From NCBI GenBank assembly GCA_028534125.1, contig CM052818.1, positions 20,152,001-20,216,000 on the forward strand: a stretch of 64,000 bases of DNA, in the 5' to 3' direction. This document shows positions 52,419-64,000 of this stretch, one piece after another. Below the pieces are notes generated by a model. The model had not been told where the DNA came from, did no database searches, and worked only from the letters and a program-made list of their open reading frames with translations. The stretch comes from Lama glama (lineage: Eukaryota). Within the stretch, counting starts at the first letter, position 1; the number at the start of each line of letters is the position of its first letter. The position numbers and the translations under genes are program-made.

Positions 52419-52469
52419 GCAGGGTCCCAGGCCCAGCCAGGGCAGGGTCCCAGGCCCAGCCAGGGCAGG
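52419..52469. repeat. Perfect 23-bp tandem duplication
   Basis: gcagggtcccaggcccagccagg x2 (52419-52441, 52442-52464) plus a partial gcagg. Confidence 0.9.
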
Positions 52470-54189
52470 TCTGCCCCAGGGGCCCTGTGAGCAGCTGCTT
52501 CCCAAGATGAGGTTTGAGAAGCTCCACAGGGACAGCCCATGCCCCAAAATGTCCCCTCCCCAAACTGCCTGTGATGGCTTTGACCTTCACCTCGAGGTGA
52601 CAGCCACCAGTGGAGCCAGAGTCAGAAAGCCTAGTCGGGCGTCTCCAGCAAAGCTTTCCAAGTCCCAATTTCCCATCCTAAATGGGGGTAATATTCATTT
52701 CTTGCCCATTTCCCTGCATTGCTGTGAGAACCAAGCTGCCCATGGATGTGCAAGATCACAGCCAGGAGTTTGCATTTGACTCTGCCACTAATGAGCCAGG
52801 AGATTCTGTTCCCTCACCTACAATATGAGAGGAAACAGGGTTGTTGTGACAATGGAGAAAAGTAATGCCTGTAATGATCTGGCACCAACTGGTGGCCAGT
52901 AGAAAGTAAGCAGGTACTTCCCCTAACGTAAGCTGTAAAACTAAAATGGTATTGTGATTCCTTCGTGTGTAGGGACTCATATCACCCTCTGGAATCCAAT
53001 GCATATGTTCCTAGGAGGGAAACACACCTAACCTGTGGTTAACATCTTTTCGCAAACATTTCCCAGTGGCATGGGCAGTTGAGAGCAAGTTTCTGTTTTC
53101 TGGGTTTTTTTTTTTTTTCCAGGAAATGAAAGTAATTTAATTATGAAATATCAGGTTGATAATGATTATTGATATTGATATTGGTAATGCTTATCAACTG
53201 GTAAATTAACTGTGTTATTCCAAAAGGCCAACAAATCCTAACTAATATGAAGAGGATATTGAATTCATTAATGATATATATAGTATTTTGAGCATACAGA
53301 TAATCTCTTTTTATACCCACTAAATTTCAGAAATCTGTAAACTGTGAGGCATTTACTGTGCTTAATGTGGCAGAAATGTGTACTACAACACAGCCCAGGG
53401 AAGGTTTGATAAAGATTGGTGAGAAATTGGTCTCAGGTTGGGCACTGCCTGGGTTCAACCTGGCAAGTAGTCAATTCTTCACCTGGCAAACTCTAGGGTA
53501 TTCTTTAAGACTCAACCCAAATGTCACCTTTTCAGGGATGCCATCCCAATCAGAGATAGCTGTCCCACCACTCTTGGTCTACAACCATCCTATTGCATTT
53601 CTCACATTTGATTTCAATTATTAGTTGCATCCTCTACCAAAACATGAATTCTTTGAGAGCAAAACTGCATCCCATTCAACTCTAGATCACCAGCCCTTGG
53701 CACTGCGCCCAGCCTGGTGCAGAAAGGCACTCAAGGTTTGTTGACTAAACACCCAGGCTTGCCTCTCCTCTGGGGAAACCAGAAAAAAGAACTATTTAAC
53801 CTCAGAGAGGATCCTCCTCAATTACCAAAATAAGAGCCCTTTCATTTTCGTAGCCTTTACAGATCACAAGTTTATATGCCTGCTACTTCATTGGCTCCTC
53901 AAAGTAATCCCAAGGGTAGATAGGAAAGGTACTGCGCCCCATGTGACAGCTGAGGAAAAGAACTAAGAAAGGCTAAAGGATTTCTTCAAGGTCATCCAGC
54001 TAGTAAAGAGCTGAGCCAGGACTGGCGCCCAGGTCTCCTGAATTCTAGTCCAGGATAAATCTACTGAGGTCTTACTGGGTCAGGGAAATCCAGGCCAGCT
54101 AGGGAAAGAAATGGGGGGATATTATTTTCCACTTTTTTTTTTTTACTTAAAGAATTATATACTTTTTAAAGAAAGTTTGTTTTTAAAAA

Positions 54190-55150
54190 TGCCCAATATG
54201 TAAAACATACAAAATATCCAAAAGCAGATGAGAATGTTACAGAAATTTAGTTTATAGGTTCAAATATATTCTATTTAATCATTAGCAAGCAGATGAATGA
54301 GAACAACAAAGTTGTAAATTACACAAAAAGGGAGTCAAGATTATAGATGATCTCTGGAGCCCAGGAGCCTCGTTATCGAATGAATTTTGGATTCTGTTTT
54401 GAATCACAGTCATTGCTTTAGAGCTTACATTAGAGAAGGTACTTTCTAATGACCATCAAGTAGGTGCTAGATCGTTACAAACGTTACTTCTCTCCATTTG
54501 TCACGCAATGGACTCGTACTACAAATACTGCTAGAAACTTTTTTTGTTAGCATAAGGTATCTTGTCCTCTTTGATATGAACCCGCACAAAGCAGCCTCTC
54601 CGTGGTACAAAGTCCTGCATGTGCTCATAGACTGAATGTTTGTGTCCCTCTAAAATTCATACGTTGAAGCCTAATCCCCAGTATGATGGTACTTGGATGT
54701 GGGGCCACTGTGAGGGGATTAGGTCATGAGGATGAAACTCTGATGAAGCAGACAAGTGTCCTTATAAAAGAGACCCCAGAGAGCTCCCTCACTTCTGCTA
54801 TGTAAGGACCCAAAGTGAAGACAGCTGTCTATGAACCAGGAAGCAGCCTCTCAGAAGACAATGAACCCGCCAGTGCCTTCACCTGGGACTTCTCTGCCTT
54901 CAGATATGCGAAAATAAATTCCTGTTGTTTGTAAGCCACCAGGCCTATGGTACTCTGTTACGGCTTCGACACCACGAGAAGGATGTATGTTATTTGTTTA
55001 GCTAGTCCTGTACCGAGAGACATTTTGTGTTATTTCCAATGAACACCTTTGAGTATAGGATATACACTTGCAGAGTATGTATGCAGGACAGAATTCCAGA
55101 AGAAGGAATAATCACAGAAGTAGATCTGCCTTCAGGTCGTTTTCAGGGAC
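54190..55150 (-). mobile_element. Ancient DNA-transposon remnant, possibly piggyBac (Looper-like), split by an MLT1A LTR
   Basis: Non-LINE/SINE sequence (ggtgctagatcgttacaaacgttacttctctccatttg...acaaatactgctagaaac) resembling recalled Looper. The minus strand near 54620-54570 reads GLC and CF...H across a frameshift. Confidence 0.35.
54620..54970 (+). mobile_element. MLT1A-type MaLR solo LTR
   Basis: gactgaatgtttgtgtccctctaaaattcatacgttgaagcctaatcccc...ccttataaaagagaccccagagagctccc...aataaattcctgttgtttgtaagccacc. Confidence 0.85.
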
Positions 55151-56085
55151 TGTTTCTGTTGATTTAATAGGCCATTATTTGAATAGGCCATATTTTCTGT
55201 TCCTTGTGATTTTTTTTATTGATAATTCGACATTTGAATCTAATAATGTGGTAACTTTGGCAATCAGATTCTACCCCCCTCCAGAGTTTTTTAGTTTTTT
55301 ATGATGACTTTGCTTATTATTATTAACTATTGCAGGCTGTCTCTGCGGCATGGATCTGCCTGAGGTATAAACTTAACGTCCTCTCAGGACTTTTCTGAGA
55401 CTTTAGCTTCCCCTGGGCATGTGTGCTCACTTTATTACTTTCCCCATTTACTAAGTAGCTTTTTTTCCTCCCTGGGTACTTTTTCCTTAATTGAAGTATA
55501 GTTGATTTACAATGTTTCAGGTGTACCGAAGTTGCTTTTTAATATCATAGTCTTCAACCTCTCAGGCTCCCAGGAGGGGAAAAAAAATGGAAGAGGGGAA
55601 AAAGAAGACGTCAGCCCTTTAAAGCCCCTGGAAGTCATGTCAGTTGGAGAGAGGGGGGCTTGCAACAACGGGAGGAGATGCATCAGCAGTGGCTGGCAGC
55701 CTCCTTGTCTGCACCTCTGTGATGGGAAGCAGTAGTTAGCCATGGGGCACAGAACCCTCATATTTGGAGAACAGGTTCTTTTTTTTTTTTTTTTTTTAAC
55801 CCTGGTTCCTACAAGCTGCATGCAGGCTTCTCTTGGAATATGTGCTCTGCTGACTGTCGTGGGACAGGGAATGGGGGATGGGTCACTGCAACAGCCCTAA
55901 CAGTTGAACTTGACTGATTAACATGAATTTACTGTTCAACCTTTTCTTGACATTGCAAGCCTTCAACAGACTCCAGAGTTCCAAAATAGTTACATCAGAC
56001 ATTTTCTGCCCATGCAGTTTTCTAGGTGGGAAGACAGATTCCTGGTGTTTCCTATCCTGCCATCCTCTCAGAATCCTTTCTATTT
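55150..56085 (-). mobile_element. Old L1 (L1MD/L1MC-like) 5' region
   Basis: atctaataatgtggtaactttggcaatcagattct and ccttcaacagactccagagttccaaaatagttacatcagaca resemble recalled old L1 5' ends. Confidence 0.55.
55465..55528 (-). mobile_element. Ultra-short (64 bp) young L1 3' tail insertion
   Basis: ttgaagtatagttgatttacaatgtttcaggtgtac between TSD aagt(a/t)gcttttt at 55453-55464 and 55529-55540. Confidence 0.75.
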
Positions 56086-56913
56086 AGATTTATTTGGATT
56101 AAATGTACATGAACATAGTCAGAAGATTACACTACTTATACGAAGCTTATTATGAAAATTAGCACCCTTACCCCCATACCCCCCACTAATTGCTGCTCCT
56201 CAGAGGTAACTAGTTTCAACAACTTTAGTTGATTCATTTGGTATTTACTTCCACATCTCTAAGTAACATTCTCACACTGCTGTTCATTGATTTTTCCGTT
56301 CTAGATATTATCTATTGATTTCTCACTACGGAAAATGAGGATTTAGGTTTCTGTTTCTGTTTCTTTTTCTTTTTTAAACTCTGGCCTGCCTCTGGATGCA
56401 TCACATCCATGCATACTTTTCATTCTTCTGTTCTCCCAACATAGTTATATCATACTCTGGCTAGATCACTATTTTGTGTTTACATTTTTTGTGGCTTTGT
56501 AAATGCTAGTTTTGGGCTGAGACATACAGTAAACTTCACCTTTTCCTACATACAAGGAGTTCATACTGGTTTTATTCTCCCATTATATTACTTTTTGACA
56601 AACTCAACTCCAGACTCTCCCCCAGCTGTGTAAATCTATTATTGTGTTCAAACACACATTATGTTCTATAGATTTAATGTTCTCATGGGACAATCTCCTG
56701 AGCTTTCTGATCTCTTCAAGTCAGTTCTCCTTGTCCTCTGCACTTGGCACATAGCTGTTGTTCTTGGAATCTTTCTCCACCATTTTAGGGATTTCCTTCT
56801 CCTCTTCCTTGTATTGAATCTCTTGTTTCCTGGATCTTCTGTTTTCCCAAAGTTTCTGAGAAATGGTGTGGGAGACAATTTTTTAAACTTGAATATCTAA
56901 AAATGTCTCTATT

Positions 56914-58899
56914 TGAAAGACTTATACATGGAAAACTATAAAACACTGGTTAAGGAAATTAAAGAAGACTTTAAAAAGTGGAAAGATATCCCATGCTCCT
57001 GGATTGGAAGAATCAATATTGTTAAAATGGTCACACTGCCCAAGGCAATCTACAGATTTAATGCAATCCCTATCAAATTACCCAGGATGTACTTCACAGA
57101 ACTAGAACAAATCATAATAAAATTTATATGGAACCACAAAAGACATAGAATTGCCAAAGCATTACTGAAGAAAAAGAAAGAGGCTGGAGGAAAACTCTCC
57201 CAGACTTCAGACAACACTATAGAGCTACAATAATCAAAACAGCATGGTATTGGTACAAAAACAGACACATGGACCAATGGAACAGAATAGAGAGCCCAGA
57301 AATGAACCCACAAACTTGTGGTCAACTAATCTTCAACAAAGAAGCAAGAATATACAATGGAATAAAGACAGTCTCTTTAGCAAATGGTGTTGGGAAAACT
57401 GGACAGCAGCATGTAAATCAGTGAAGCTAGAACACTCCCTTACACCATACACAGACATAAACTCAAAATGGATCAAAGACTTAAACATCAGACAAGATAC
57501 AATAAACCTCCTAGAAGAAAATATAGGCAAAACATTATCTGACATACATCTCAAAAATGCTCTCCTAGGGCAGTCTACCCAAGCAATAGAAATAAAAGCA
57601 AGAATAAACAAATGGGACCTGATTAAACTCACAAGCTTCTGCACANNNNNNNNNNNNNNNNNNNNNNNNNNNNNNNNNNNNNNNNNNNNNNNNNNNNNNN
57701 NNNNNNNNNNNNNNNNNNNNNNNNNNNNNNNNNNNNNNNNNNNNNNNNNNNNNNNNNNNNNNNNNNNNNNNNNNNNNNNNNNNNNNNNNNNNNNNNNNNN
57801 NNNNNNNNNNNNNNNNNNNNNNNNNNNNNNNNNNNNNNNNNNNNNNNNNNNNNNNNNNNNNNNNNNNNNNNNNNNNNNNNNNNNNNNNNNNNNNNNNNNN
57901 NNNNNNNNNNNNNNNNNNNNNNNNNNNNNNNNNNNNNNNNNNNNNNNNNNNNNNNNNNNNNNNNNNNNNNNNNNNNNNNNNNNNNNNNNNNNNNNNNNNN
58001 NNNNNNNNNNNNNNNNNNNNNNNNNNNNNNNNNNNNNNNNNNNNNNNNNNNNNNNNNNNNNNNNNNNNNNNNNNNNNNNNNNNNNNNNNNNNNNNNNNNN
58101 NNNNNNNNNNNNNNNNNNNNNNNNNNNNNNNNNNNNNNNNNNNNNGCTGGAGAGGCTGTGGAGAAAAGGGAACCCTCCTACACTGCTGGTGGGAATGCAG
58201 TTTGGTGCAGCCACTGTGGAAAACAGTATGGACATTCCTCAAAAGACTAGAAATAGACTTACCATATGACCCAGGAATCCTGCTCCTGGGCATATATCCA
58301 GAAAGAACCCTACTTCAAAATGACACCTGCACCCCAATGTTCATAGCAGCACTATTTACAATAGCCAAGTCATGGAAACAGCCTAAATGTCCATCAACAG
58401 ATGACTGGATAAAGAAAAAGTGGTATATTTATACAATGGAATACTACTCAGCCACAAAAACCGACAACATAATGCCATTTGCAGCAACATGGATGCTCCT
58501 GGAGAATGTCATTCTAAATGAAGTAAGCCAGAAAGAGAAAGAAAAATATCATATGAGATCACTCATTTGTGGAATCTATAAGAACAAAACAAAACAAAAC
58601 ATAAATACAAAATAGAAATATACTCATAGACATAAAATACAAACTTGTGGTTGCCAAGGGGGCGGGGGGTGGGTGGGATGGGACAGACTGGGATTTCAAA
58701 ATGTAGAACAGATAAACAAGATCATACTCTATAGCACAGGGAAATATATACAAGATTTCTGTGGTAGCTCACAGCGAAAAAAAAACGTGACAATGAATAT
58801 ATGTAAGTCCATCTATAACTGAAAAAATTGTGCTCTACACTGGAATTTGACACAACATTGTAAAAAGACTATAACTCAATAAAAAAAGTTTAAAAAAAA
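56914..58899 (+). mobile_element. Young camelid L1, 5'-truncated, frameshifted ORF2 3' part plus 3' UTR
   Basis: ORFs [38 protein letters not shown]..., [15 protein letters not shown]... and CTPMFIAALFTIAKSWKQPKCPS... are L1 ORF2. Frameshifts near 57190 and 57340. AATAAA at 58878. Confidence 0.95.
57646..58145. other. Assembly gap (500 N)
   Basis: Run of N inside the L1. Confidence 0.99.
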
Positions 58900-59161
58900 G
58901 ACAAGATATACTCAAGCAATACAGAAGGATGTAAAGAAGAAATAAAATATAAACCCAAATCCTCAAAAAAAAAAAAGGATCACAGATGCATAACAAGGGA
59001 AAATAATATTTTTTCACATAAAAGAACTTGGAAATTGGGTCTTCATAAATATGAACAAAAAGGATAATGCTAATGTTCTATATTCTGTATAATTCAGTTT
59101 TTAGATCCTTTTCATTTAAATAAAAACTGTAAAACTGTAAAAAAAGTTCTGTAAAAACTAA
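58900..59161 (+). other. Putative L1 3'-transduced sequence (two polyadenylated blocks)
   Basis: Non-L1 sequence between the L1 tail and the right TSD copy. AATAAA 58941-58946 is followed by A12 at 58965-58976. AATAAA 59119-59124 is followed by an A-rich tail. Confidence 0.7.
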
Positions 59162-59564
59162 AAAAATTTCTCTATTCTACACTAACACTTGATTGATGGT
59201 TTGTCTTGGGTATAAAATTCTATGTTTAAATATTTTTTAATAGAATCTTAAAAACACAACTTCATTATACTTTATCTTATAAACTTGACTTTGAGGATTA
59301 TGAGGTCAGTCTGGTTCTAAATGTTTATATGTGACATATTTTTTCTTCTTTTCCATAATCTTGTGAGATTTTCTCTTTGATGTTCAGTCTTCTGAAATTT
59401 CATGATATGCATTGGAGAGGGTCTATTTTAATACATTGCGCTACAAACTTGAAAAGCCCTGTCATCTAGAATCTCATGAGTTTCCCATCTAGAGAATTTT
59501 CTTCTATTATTTATTTGATTATTTCTGCCCCTTCACATTGATCATCATCTCTCAGTATTCATGC

Positions 59565-59990
59565 TCTTGTGCAGTCCCTCCAAAATTGAAAGGTGTGACC
59601 TGTGTGACCTGCTGGATATTGTAGAAGCGATGATGGACGATAATCAAAGCCAGTCCTAAAAGACATTTCAGCCTTTTCCTTGGTCTCTTGCATCACTTGC
59701 TTGGGGAAAACCAGCTGTCGTCTCAAGAAGACACTCAAGCTACCCTATGGAGAGGTTCATATGGTGAGGACCTGAAATAGTCCACCAACAAAGACCAAAA
59801 ACTTGCTTAGCCTATCAGTGATCCACCTTGGAAGCAGATACTCCAGTTATAGTCTAATCTTAAGAAAACTGCAGCCCTGGCCAACATTGCTCTGAACCTC
59901 ATGAAAAACTCAGAGCCAGAACCATCCAGCTCCTGAACTCATGGCCACATAGACTACATAGTCTTCGTTCATGGGATAAAGTTTGAAAAG
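59565..59990 (+). mobile_element. MLT1-family LTR fragment
   Basis: gcatcacttgcttggggaaaaccagctg...aagacactcaagctaccctatggagaggttcatatggtgagga...actgcagccctggccaacat...cagagccagaaccatccagct. Confidence 0.6.
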
Positions 59991-60439
59991 TCTCTGTATT
60001 AGACATCTATTGTTTTGCTTGTTCAGCATTTTTTCTTCTGGTGAAAGAATATCTCTTCTCCTCTGGGGAATTATCTGTATGGGCTGCAGGGCCTTCCCTC
60101 CCCCTGACCACAGCTCAAAAGATGAGCCAGACCTGATCAATGAGACTCATCACCAGGGTTTTGCTAGAACTAACGCATAGTGAATGATTCCTCAACCCAC
60201 AGAATGTAAAAGCTTGGAGCTGCTGGTATCCATCCCAAACTGTGCGGAGACAGCCTGCTTGAAAATGAAGTCAATAGAACAAAGCAGAGCCAGCAGAGAG
60301 ACAATGTTTTGCTGAACTGCTGGAGGTGTGGCATCTAGCCATGAACAATGTTGTATCATCCCTCAAACCTCCCAGTTACCTGAACCAATACATTTCCTCT
60401 TGTTTAAAAAAAATAGAAGACGATGTGCGTCTTTGCAGT

Positions 60440-61620
60440 GCTGTAGCTGCCTCTTTCCTGCCTCACTTGTTAAGTAGTTTTCTTTGGAATCATAACTGGA
60501 TGTTTATTTTTAACAAATATTTCTCTGCATCTATTGAAATTTTTTTATGAGTTTGGCTTGTCATTATTAATATGATTAATTATATTGATTGATTTTGTAA
60601 TGTTAGTTAGTGGTTTTTAACTATGGACAGTTTTGCAGAAACATTTGGCAATGTCTTGGGACATTTTTGCTTGTCAGAAATGGGGGTGGTGGTGCTGCTT
60701 GAATCTAGTGACTACAGGCCAGTGATACTGCTAAATATTCTGCAATGAACAGAATAGTTCCCCACAATGAAGAATCACCCAGCCCCAAACGTCAGTAGTG
60801 CCCAGGCTGAGAAACTCTGTGTTAAATCCATCTCATGTTATGAGTATAAACCAAACTGTTTGATGTATCTATTTGATATATGATATATATCATACACACT
60901 CACACACACACACACACACACATATGTATATATGCTTGCTTTTGTTATTTTGTGCAGGACTTTTGCATCTGTATTTCTTGAGTGAGATGGGCCTGTATTA
61001 TTTTTTTTCCAACTCTGTTTATTCTGATACCAAAATTTTGTTAGTCTCACAAAATAAGACAGGGAGTATATATATCCTTCCTGTTTTTTTGAAGTTTGTG
61101 TAAGATTGCAATTATTTGTTCCTTAGACGTTAGGTAGAACTCACTGGTAACAACCTCAGTTTGGAGTCCTCTCTGTGGAAAGATTTTAAACTGCTCATTC
61201 AGTTTATTTGATAGCTATATGATTGTTTAGGATTTCCATTTTTCTTATGATAGTTTAAGAAAGCTGTTTTTCTCTAGGTATTTATTTCATATAATTTTCA
61301 AATGTAGTGAAAAAATTTCAAAATGTAACTTTATTATCTCTATAATTTCTACAGAATATGTAATGTGCCTTTTAAAATTCATAATATTTGTTATGCATGC
61401 TTTTTTTCTTTTATTCTTGATTGGTCTAGCTAGAGGTTTATCAAGTTTATTAGTCCTTCCAAAGAACCACTTTCAAGTTTTTAATTCTTCTCTTTTGCAT
61501 GTTTGTTTTTTATTTCATTCATTCCTGCTCTGATCCTTATTCTTTTTCCCTTCTACTTTTATTGTCTTATTTTGTTATTCTTTTCCTGACTTCTTGAGAT
61601 GAGCAGCCTATTTCTGCTGT
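60440..61620 (-). mobile_element. Old L1 ORF2 antisense fragment, interrupted by MER20 and a (CA)n
   Basis: ttctctgcatctattgaaat, ttttgcatctgtatt, tggtctagctagaggtttatcaagtttattagtccttccaaagaacca. Confidence 0.65.
60608..60819. mobile_element. MER20 hAT-Charlie MITE
   Basis: acatttggcaatgtcttgggacatttttgcttgtca...gctaaatattctgcaatgaacag...cagccccaaacgtcagtagtgcccaggctgagaaactctg. Confidence 0.8.
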
Positions 61621-62309
61621 CTGTTGTTGCTGTAAGTTTTCACTTTCTTGTTTCCTTGTACAGCTGATTTTTTATTAACAACTGGTAGGCTGGATCTAAA
61701 ATTTTTTTGAGGAATAGTTTTACACCCAGAATGATGCTAGCTTCCTCTGCAGTGGATCTTTGCTTGCTTCTGCCAGGTTCCTACATGTTCCTCCTGTCGA
61801 GGACCACCTTAATCCAAGTTAAAGACTTTGAGATATGCTAACCTCCAGATGATGGGAAGGAGGGCTGCAAGTTGGTGCCAGAGCTGGTTTATTTCTGGTT
61901 TATTTCACCCTGAAGATACAGTGAGGAGTGATTTCACCAGAGTTCCTGATAACTTCTGATAAGCTCTTGGCTCTGACTTTTGTTCCCTTCACGAGGCAAG
62001 TAGGAGTTCAGTTTGTCTTTATAGCTGTTTACCCAGGTATATTATCTCAAGGCAAACAGGGCTTCAAGTGGCTTGTCTTAACTCTCTGGGTTGTCCTTGT
62101 CTCCCAACAATTCAGTATTTGTCAAGTTCTTTGATGTTTCTAAGATAATATTTAAAAAAAAATTATCTTGCTTCTTCAGCTATTCTCAGCAGGAGGGTAG
62201 GCTGGAGATACTGGCTCCAGCATGATCAGAGGGGAACTCTTATACTTTGTGATTTGTAAGCTTCATGAATGCCTCATCTATTAAACAAGAAAACTTTAAA
62301 AAATAGAGA

Positions 62310-64000
62310 TTCCACTTCTGGTTTCCCATTCTGCATGTAAGGAGTTTGGAAATTGCCACTCAGTTCTAACAACAAGTAAACAGTGGAACAAACTGAAAAA
62401 TCAATTCTTCTTGGATTCACAAGATAGGTGAGGACACAGGGCTGCCCAATGCCCACAGATTAGAGAGACAGACAGGTAAATACAGGGAATCTCTGCTTCC
62501 CAGAGTAGACAGTCATGGATGGAAACCATAATGAGAACCAATGCTGGGGTGGAAAAGCCTGAACTGTAATTGAGAAATTGCTGGAGGCTCAGTGCAGACA
62601 ACTCTGAGGGTTAAAAAATCCAAGGGGACTCAGCCATGAAGTAATCCCAGACTTTTGTAAATTTTATCTCCAGGAACTTGACCAGGTTTTCATAGTAAAT
62701 ATCAGAGAAAAACAATATAGATTAGAATTTCTGATCTACATAAAGAAAGGAGAATACTGAAGAAGGAATAAGTGAAAGTAATATAAAAATTTTTATCTTT
62801 CTTATTCTTAATAGAACTAACAGATAAAACAGTTCAAAATCAAATCAAATACATATATATATGTACATTCATTATACTTACATATAAGTGAAATGAATAA
62901 CAGCAATGATATGAGGGATGAGAAGGAGAAAACAGGACTATTTTGTTATAATCTGGTTCTCATACTACCTGTGAAGCAGTAGTGTTATTTAGAAGTGGAC
63001 TTAGATTAGCTGTAAATGTATATTGCAAACTCTAGGGCAACCACTAAAAAAAATCACACACACACACACACAAGGTTATGCTAAAAAAGGAAATTAAAAT
63101 AAAATAAAATAATATAAAATGCTCAATTACGAGCACAAAAAACAGAAAATGAATAGAAGGCAAAGATAGGGACAAAGAACAAAGGAAACAAATAGAAAAC
63201 AGTAGCAAATATGGTAGCTATTAATCCTACTATATCAACAGTCACTAGGAACGTTAATGATCTAAATGCACCAGTTAAAAGAGATTGTCAGAGTGGATCA
63301 AAAAAAACAAGACTCAACTATATTTTTATTTAAAAGAAAGCCTTGTAAAATGAAAAGACATAAATAGATTAATAATAAGTGAATGGAGAAAAGTATACCA
63401 TGCTAACACTAATCAAAAGCAAGCAGGAATAGTTACATTAAGTTAGAGAGAGCGCACTTCAAAGCAGGGAAAGTTACAGGGATAAAGAGGTACATTACAT
63501 AATGATAAAGGGATCAGCTCTCCAAGAAAATATAACAATCCTTAATGTGCATGCACCTAAAAACAGAGCAACAAACTATGTAAGGCAAAAATTAATAGAA
63601 CTGCAAAGAGAAATGGGAGAATCCTCTATGCTAGTTGAAGACTTTGACACCTGTCTATCAGAAATGGACACACCCAGCAGGCAGAAAATCAGTAAGAATG
63701 TAGGTGAATTCAACAACACTACCACTCAACTGGATATAATGGCCATCTATAGACTACTTTATCCAACAACAGAACACATTCTTCTCAAGCCCACATGAAA
63801 CATCTGCCAAGACAGACCAGATTCTGCACCATGAAGCACAACTTAACAAATTTAAAAGAATAGAAATCATACAATGAATGCTCTCAAACTACAATGGAAT
63901 TAAACTATAAATCAATTATAGAAAGATAACTGGAAAATCTCCAAATATCTAGAGATTAAATAACACATTTTTGAATAACACGAGTCAAAGAAAAAATCTT
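62310..64000 (+). mobile_element. Old L1 (L1MC/MD-like): 5' end, inter-ORF region and ORF2 endonuclease domain, running off the window
   Basis: 5' start acttctggtttccc...gcatgtaaggag. ORF IKGSALQENITILNVHAPKNRATNYVRQKLIELQ...EDFDTCLSEMD matches the L1 APE endonuclease. Confidence 0.8.

Larger units (their letters stand above)
56090..59560 (-). mobile_element. Old HAL1/L1M-like element interrupted by the young L1
   Basis: Left flank ...gaatatctaaaaatgtctctatt joins right flank ctacactaacacttgattgatggtttgtcttgggtataaaattcta to rebuild a recalled HAL1-like motif. Confidence 0.55.

Noticed and set aside
57244..58293. 242-341 aa ORFs
   Set aside because: Their length is an artefact of translating 500 N. 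The real parts are frameshifted L1 ORF2.
1..64000. CRISPR arrays, prokaryotic systems or an intact endogenous virus
   Set aside because: This is mammalian DNA with no repeat-spacer array, only solo LTRs, and no gag/pol/env-like ORFs seen.

Overview
This is repeat-dense mammalian genomic DNA, almost certainly camelid (alpaca or camel). The evidence is four tRNA-derived vic-1-type SINEs (ggggagggtatagctcagtggtagag...gcttagcatgcacgaggtcctgggttcaatccccagtacctcc) and several young L1 3' ends. I could not identify any cellular protein-coding gene or RNA gene. The recognisable ORFs are decayed L1 ORF2 pieces, and the rest look like chance ORFs in GC-rich or low-complexity DNA. The window reads as intergenic or intronic, with L1, L2, MIR, MaLR/ERVL LTRs, hAT-type MITEs, an orphan CpG island (about 14.56-14.97 kb) and a 500-N gap. 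The best structural signal is a young L1 (56914-59161) whose 15-bp target-site duplication (TSD) encloses about 260 bp of non-L1 sequence in two blocks, each with its own AATAAA and A-tail. This looks like a serial 3' transduction. Weaker candidates are an NR5A-site/TATA/short-exon unit at about 27.7-28.06 kb, a minus-strand terminal-exon-like unit at about 9.95-10.18 kb and a piggyBac-like fossil at about 54.2-55.15 kb. Repeat family names come from recalled consensus similarity, not a RepeatMasker run, and boundaries of old elements are approximate. I found no supportable novel biological system.
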